This document shows positions 60,124 to 64,000 of a DNA stretch of 64,000 bases, piece by piece; within the stretch, counting starts at the first letter, position 1; every line of letters starts with the position of its first letter. The notes under the pieces are model-generated. The model made no database searches, had not been told where the DNA came from, and saw only the letters and a program-made list of their open reading frames with translations. Location of the stretch: the NCBI GenBank assembly GCA_026387175.1, contig JAPLME010000008.1, positions 149,883 through 213,882 of the forward strand, written 5' to 3'. Position numbers and translations under genes: made by a program. This DNA is from Candidatus Omnitrophota bacterium. Lineage in GTDB: Bacteria; Omnitrophota; Gorgyraeia; 2-01-FULL-45-10.

Positions 60124-61356
60124 ATGAGAGCTGAAATTATTTCCATTGGCACCGAGTTACTGCTCGGGCATATCCTCAATACTAATGCCGCATACCTTTC
60201 CAGAAAGCTCGCCGAGCTGGGCATTGATCTCTATTATCAGACGACTGTAGGTGATAATCCTGAGCGGCTTATCCAGACCATTAGAAAAGCTATCGCAAGA
60301 AGCGATATCGTAATACTCACCGGCGGGCTCGGTCCGACCATAGACGATGTTACGATGGAGTCTGTCGCACGATTGACAGATAGGCCTCTTGTTCTAAATA
60401 AGATCGTATTAAAAGATATCGAGAGGTATTTTAAGGCGCGAGGTTTTAAACCACCTTCTGGTAATGATAGGCAAGCGAGAGTTCCGCAAGGAGCAAAGTG
60501 CCTGCATAACAAGTTCGGAACGGCTCCAGCGCTTATAGTAGAACATTTGGGTAAGGTTATAGTATGCCTGCCCGGGCCCCCGAGAGAGATGGAACCACTC
60601 TTTGAAGATGGGGTGACGCAGTATTTTAGAAAGAAGTTCAGATCCGAAGAGATAATCAGGACCAGGACCATAAAGACCATCGGCCTTCCGGAGTCGCGGG
60701 TCAATGCAATCGTTAAGGATTTGTTGAAGTTGCCTCCGCCTACAACGGTGGGAATTTACGCGAAGCTTCGGGAGGTGCATTTAGTGGTTATGGCGAAGGC
60801 CGAAAGCGATGCGCGCGCTCGGAAAGCTATTGCTGCGGTGGAAAAGAAGATCTTGTCCCGCCTGAAGAATTGTATATTCGGATACGATGATGATACGCTA
60901 GAAAGCATCGTGATTAAGAGCCTTATAGAGAAGAAGCTCACGATTTCCGTAGCGGAGTCCTGCACCGGCGGGCTTCTCTCGAAGCGCTTTACCGATATAA
61001 GCGGCAGTTCCGGTTGTTTCGTGGCCGGCATCGTTTCGTATTCAAATGAGTCAAAGGAAAAATTACTGGGATTGCCTAAAGAATTGATAAATAAATACGG
61101 AGCTGTATCAGGACAGGTTTGCGGGCGAATGGCTTTCGGAGTAAGGCATATTGTCCGTACGGACATAGGAGTCGGTATTACAGGTATAGCGGGTCCAACG
61201 GGCGGATCCTTGCGCAAACCGGTCGGACTGGTGTATATCTCTTTGGCGACAAATGAGAAGCTTATCGTTAAAGAGTTCAGATTCAATGGCTCGCGCCAGG
61301 ATATCAGATGGCAGGCTTCGCAGGCTGCCCTGGACATGATAAGGCTCAACATTTAG
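60124..61356 (+). CDS. cinA: competence/damage-inducible protein CinA (MocF-like N-terminal domain + CinA C-terminal domain)
   Basis: MRAEIISIGTELLLGHILNTNAAYL start and C-terminal AESCTGGLL. Own extended -10 TGGTATAAT at ~60098. Confidence 0.85.
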   Translation: MRAEIISIGTELLLGHILNTNAAYLSRKLAELGIDLYYQTTVGDNPERLIQTIRKAIARSDIVILTGGLGPTIDDVTMESVARLTDRPLVLNKIVLKDIERYFKARGFKPPSGNDRQARVPQGAKCLHNKFGTAPALIVEHLGKVIVCLPGPPREMEPLFEDGVTQYFRKKFRSEEIIRTRTIKTIGLPESRVNAIVKDLLKLPPPTTVGIYAKLREVHLVVMAKAESDARARKAIAAVEKKILSRLKNCIFGYDDDTLESIVIKSLIEKKLTISVAESCTGGLLSKRFTDISGSSGCFVAGIVSYSNESKEKLLGLPKELINKYGAVSGQVCGRMAFGVRHIVRTDIGVGITGIAGPTGGSLRKPVGLVYISLATNEKLIVKEFRFNGSRQDIRWQASQAALDMIRLNI

Positions 61357-61357
61357 C

Positions 61358-61930
61358 ATGCGCGCTTTTATAGCGATCGAAATATCGGATGAGATTAAAG
61401 ATGCGCTTGCCCGGATAGAATCCCACCTTAAATATGCCGGCGCAGACGTCAAATGGGTCAATCCGAAGATCATCCATCTCACTTTAAAATTCATGGGCGA
61501 GATTAACGATAATAAATGTGAGGTCGTAAAGTCCGCGTTGGATGCTATTGCAAAAAGCGCGAAGTCCTTTGAGGTGACAGTAAAAGATGTCGGAACTTTT
61601 CCGAATAGCGCTCGTCCGCGGGTTATCTGGTTAGGCCTCGACAAGGGGGCTTCCGAATCGGTTGAGCTCGCAAAGCGTATAGAGGAGTCGCTATCTAAAA
61701 TAGGATTTCCCGCAGAGAATAGGCCCTTCAGCCCTCATCTGACAATAGGCCGTGTCCGCTCATCGCTCAATATCGAAAAGCTTAAAGAGAAGATATCCTC
61801 AGCATCATTAGAGATCCAGCCCGGCGGTACCATTTCACAAAAAGTCACTTCCATAATCCTCTTCCAGAGCACCCTCACTCCTCAGGGCCCCATCTACACC
61901 AAGCTCCACGAAGCTCCGCTCGAAGCGTAG
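61358..61930 (+). CDS. thpR: RNA 2',3'-cyclic phosphodiesterase (2H family, LigT/ThpR)
   Basis: Two HxT/S motifs, HLTLKF and HLTIGR. Confidence 0.8.
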   Translation: MRAFIAIEISDEIKDALARIESHLKYAGADVKWVNPKIIHLTLKFMGEINDNKCEVVKSALDAIAKSAKSFEVTVKDVGTFPNSARPRVIWLGLDKGASESVELAKRIEESLSKIGFPAENRPFSPHLTIGRVRSSLNIEKLKEKISSASLEIQPGGTISQKVTSIILFQSTLTPQGPIYTKLHEAPLEA

Positions 61931-62220
61931 GTGAAAATATTCCTGGTGGATATATCTGATGGCGGAACTTTCGGCTCGATGCTGGAATAATTGCAGTCAT
62001 TTTACGGGTGACGCAAGATCCAGCCTTGAGGGGCGCAGCGTAGGATGGGTTCAATATAGCTACCCGCCTGGATGGACTGATATTGTAAACCCTACGCAAG
62101 CACCGAAAGGCGATCTTGCGGCAGGACCCGTAAAATGATGCTGTTCAGCGGAAGCATTGACCGAAAGTAAACGCCGGACTGAAGATTCCGATATAATATT
62201 TTCGCCGTAGTGAGGAACTA
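61931..62220 (+). repeat. Y-type structured repeat, copy Y5 (variant with nested hairpins)
   Basis: Outer TIR GGTGAAAATATTCC pairs with AATATTTTCGCC. Nested TIR GGCGGAACTTTCGGCTC pairs with GACCGAAAGTAAACGCC. Inner hairpins TCATTTTACGGGT...ACCCGTAAAATGA, CGCAAGATC...GATCTTGCG and GCGTAGGATGGGTT...AACCCTACGC. 3' tail GTAGTGAGGA. Confidence 0.55.
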
Positions 62221-62374
62221 TTTTAAAATAATGTGCAACAATTTTGGCCATTTCAGCGTCTTATATAGGGAGGGAAAATTAACTTTACAGAAAGGAGGTA
62301 GTGACTGTATAATAAATCCCTGCGTATAGTATAGTTATATCTATATAATATATAGAAAACCTAAGGAGAATAAG

Positions 62375-63427
62375 ATGGTTAAAGCAAAAATTAAGGAAAA
62401 GGAAGAGCCGCGCGAGCAAAGTAAAGAGTATAAGGATATTACTCAGGTGCAGAAGACAAAGGCCCTTGATCTTGCGCTGGAGCATATCGAAAAGCAGTTC
62501 GGCAAAGGCTCTATAATGAAGCTCGGCCAGGACTTTAAGCTGGATGTGCCGGCTATCCCCACAGGGTCGGTGGCGCTTGATATAGCGCTGGGTGTGGGCG
62601 GCGTGCCTAGGGGAAGGGTTATTGAGATATTTGGCCCCGAGTCCAGCGGAAAGACCACGCTTACCCTGAGCATCATAGGTAACGCCCAGGCTAAAGGTGG
62701 TACCGCCGCATTCATCGACGCGGAACATGCGTTCGATCCGGCTTACGCGAAGACGCTCGGTGTGAACCTTGATAACCTGCTGATGTCTCAGCCTGACACA
62801 GGCGAACAGGCGCTCGATATAGCGGAGACGCTGGTTAAGTCCAATGCTCTCGATGTTATCGTGATAGACTCGGTAGCGGCGCTCGTTCCCAGGGCTGAGA
62901 TCGACGGAGAGATGGGGCAATCCCATATGGGCTTACAGGCCCGTCTTATGAGCCATGCCCTGAGAAAACTCTCAGGATCAATAGCCAAGTCTAAGACCTG
63001 TGTGATATTCATTAACCAGATACGCGAGAAGATCGGTGTGATGTTCGGGAACCCCGAAACGACTCCGGGAGGCAGAGCGCTGAAGTTTTACGCTTCCGTG
63101 AGGATCGATCTGCGCCGCATAGCATCGCTTAAAAAAGACGAAGTGGCTGTAGGTAACCGCGTAAGGGCATCGGTCGTTAAGAATAAGGTGGCGCCGCCAT
63201 TCAGGAAAGCGGAATTCGATATAATGTTCGACGAAGGGATCTCGAAGTCAGGCAGTGTCCTCGACATCGGCGAGGCGCTTGGTGTGCTGAAGAAGAGCGG
63301 TGCATGGCTTATCTACGGCGAGGAGAAGCTCGGCCAGGGCAAGGAGAACGCCAGGGTTTATCTTAAAGAAAACCCTGCGGTGCTCGCGAAGATAGAAAAA
63401 GAGATCGTAGCGAAGTCGATCAAATAA
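62375..63427 (+). CDS. recA: recombinase RecA
   Basis: Walker [10 protein letters not shown] and the L1/L2 loops. RBS AAGGAG. About 25-aa N-terminal extension before the canonical [19 protein letters not shown]. Confidence 0.9.
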   Translation: MVKAKIKEKEEPREQSKEYKDITQVQKTKALDLALEHIEKQFGKGSIMKLGQDFKLDVPAIPTGSVALDIALGVGGVPRGRVIEIFGPESSGKTTLTLSIIGNAQAKGGTAAFIDAEHAFDPAYAKTLGVNLDNLLMSQPDTGEQALDIAETLVKSNALDVIVIDSVAALVPRAEIDGEMGQSHMGLQARLMSHALRKLSGSIAKSKTCVIFINQIREKIGVMFGNPETTPGGRALKFYASVRIDLRRIASLKKDEVAVGNRVRASVVKNKVAPPFRKAEFDIMFDEGISKSGSVLDIGEALGVLKKSGAWLIYGEEKLGQGKENARVYLKENPAVLAKIEKEIVAKSIK

Positions 63428-63429
63428 CA

Positions 63430-63909
63430 TTGGAACAGGATAAGAAGTTACAATCGGCTAGAAATAACGCTTATTGCCTGCTGCGCTCAAGGCCAAGGTC
63501 CGAGTCTGAGATGCGCGGCAGGCTCAAGCTTAAGCGGTATGATGAGTCGACCATAGATGCCGTTATCGAGAGCCTGAAGAAGGCCGCCGAGATAGATGAT
63601 GTAAGGTTCGCCGATTTCTGGGTAGAGTCCAGGATGCATGTCAACCCCGTCGGTGATGTGGTTTTGAGGCGTGAACTTAAAGAGAAGGGCGTGCCTGGGC
63701 CGATAATCGAAGCCGCACTGGAGAAGAAGTCGCAGAATTATGACGATTATGCCGTGGCCCTTAATATGGCCGGCGAACGTTTTAAGCGTCTCGTAAAGCT
63801 GGATAGAAGAAAAGCCCTGAAACGCCTGTATGATTATCTCTTAAGGCGGGGATTCAATTACGATATCGTGAAGAGAGTGATAGACGCGGTGATGAATGAA
63901 AACGGATGA
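63430..63909 (+). CDS. recX: regulatory protein RecX
   Basis: 159 aa helical-repeat protein immediately after recA. Confidence 0.8.
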   Translation: MEQDKKLQSARNNAYCLLRSRPRSESEMRGRLKLKRYDESTIDAVIESLKKAAEIDDVRFADFWVESRMHVNPVGDVVLRRELKEKGVPGPIIEAALEKKSQNYDDYAVALNMAGERFKRLVKLDRRKALKRLYDYLLRRGFNYDIVKRVIDAVMNENG

Positions 63910-64000
63910 TATAAGACGATCGTATCTTGAGTTTTTCAAGGTAAAAGGCCATCAGGTCGTGGCCAGCGATTCACTCGTCCCTAAAGACGACCCGACACTT
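63896..64000 (+). CDS. alaS: alanine--tRNA ligase, N-terminal fragment (continues beyond the window)
   Basis: [35 protein letters not shown] matches the AlaS N-terminus. Overlaps the recX stop. Not in the ORF track because it is truncated by the window edge. Confidence 0.7.
   Translation, partial: MKTDDIRRSYLEFFKVKGHQVVASDSLVPKDDPTL

Noticed and set aside
62230-62374. Possible LexA/SOS box upstream of recA (CTGTATAATAAATCCCTGCG).
   Set aside because: It does not match either the CTGT-N8-ACAG or CGAAC-N4-GTTCG consensus convincingly. It is more likely just an AT-rich promoter, with TGTATAAT resembling an extended -10.

Overview
This is a gene-dense bacterial chromosomal segment. The large majority of the roughly 60 protein genes are on the + strand. 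I cannot assign a lineage from sequence alone; the repeat and codon patterns are unfamiliar to me. Content is mostly housekeeping: Opp-like ABC ATPases, nth, leuCDB-asd, truA, smc, a riboflavin locus (FMN riboswitch-ribBA-ribH ... nusB-PHP-ribD-ribE), tRNA-Pro, ligA, xerC/D, a DHH-CBS-nucleotidyltransferase fusion, rbfA-nrnA-truB-ribF-rimP-nusA-infB, trpS, scpAB, an aromatic-amino-acid cluster (pheA-hisC-DAHP synthase-tyrA), cmk-rpsA, rpsO-pnp, dut, uppP, ftsK, a rodZ-like gene, rimO, pgsA-pgpA, cinA-thpR-recA-recX and the start of alaS. Two things stand out. First, an unannotatable family of highly structured, modular intergenic repeats occurs at five loci, as two element types, X and Y, sometimes fused as X-linker-Y composites. 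The elements have nested terminal inverted repeats, perfect internal hairpins, and compensatory stem changes between copies. One copy supplies the last codons and stop of an ABC ATPase gene. Second, a visibly AT-richer 3.2-kb gene encodes a 1082-aa membrane-anchored protein with a GHKL (histidine-kinase-like) ATPase motif. It is inserted into the widely conserved pgsA/pgpA-cinA-recA-recX-alaS block. A textbook FMN riboswitch with a sigma70 promoter and a terminator platform precedes ribBA.
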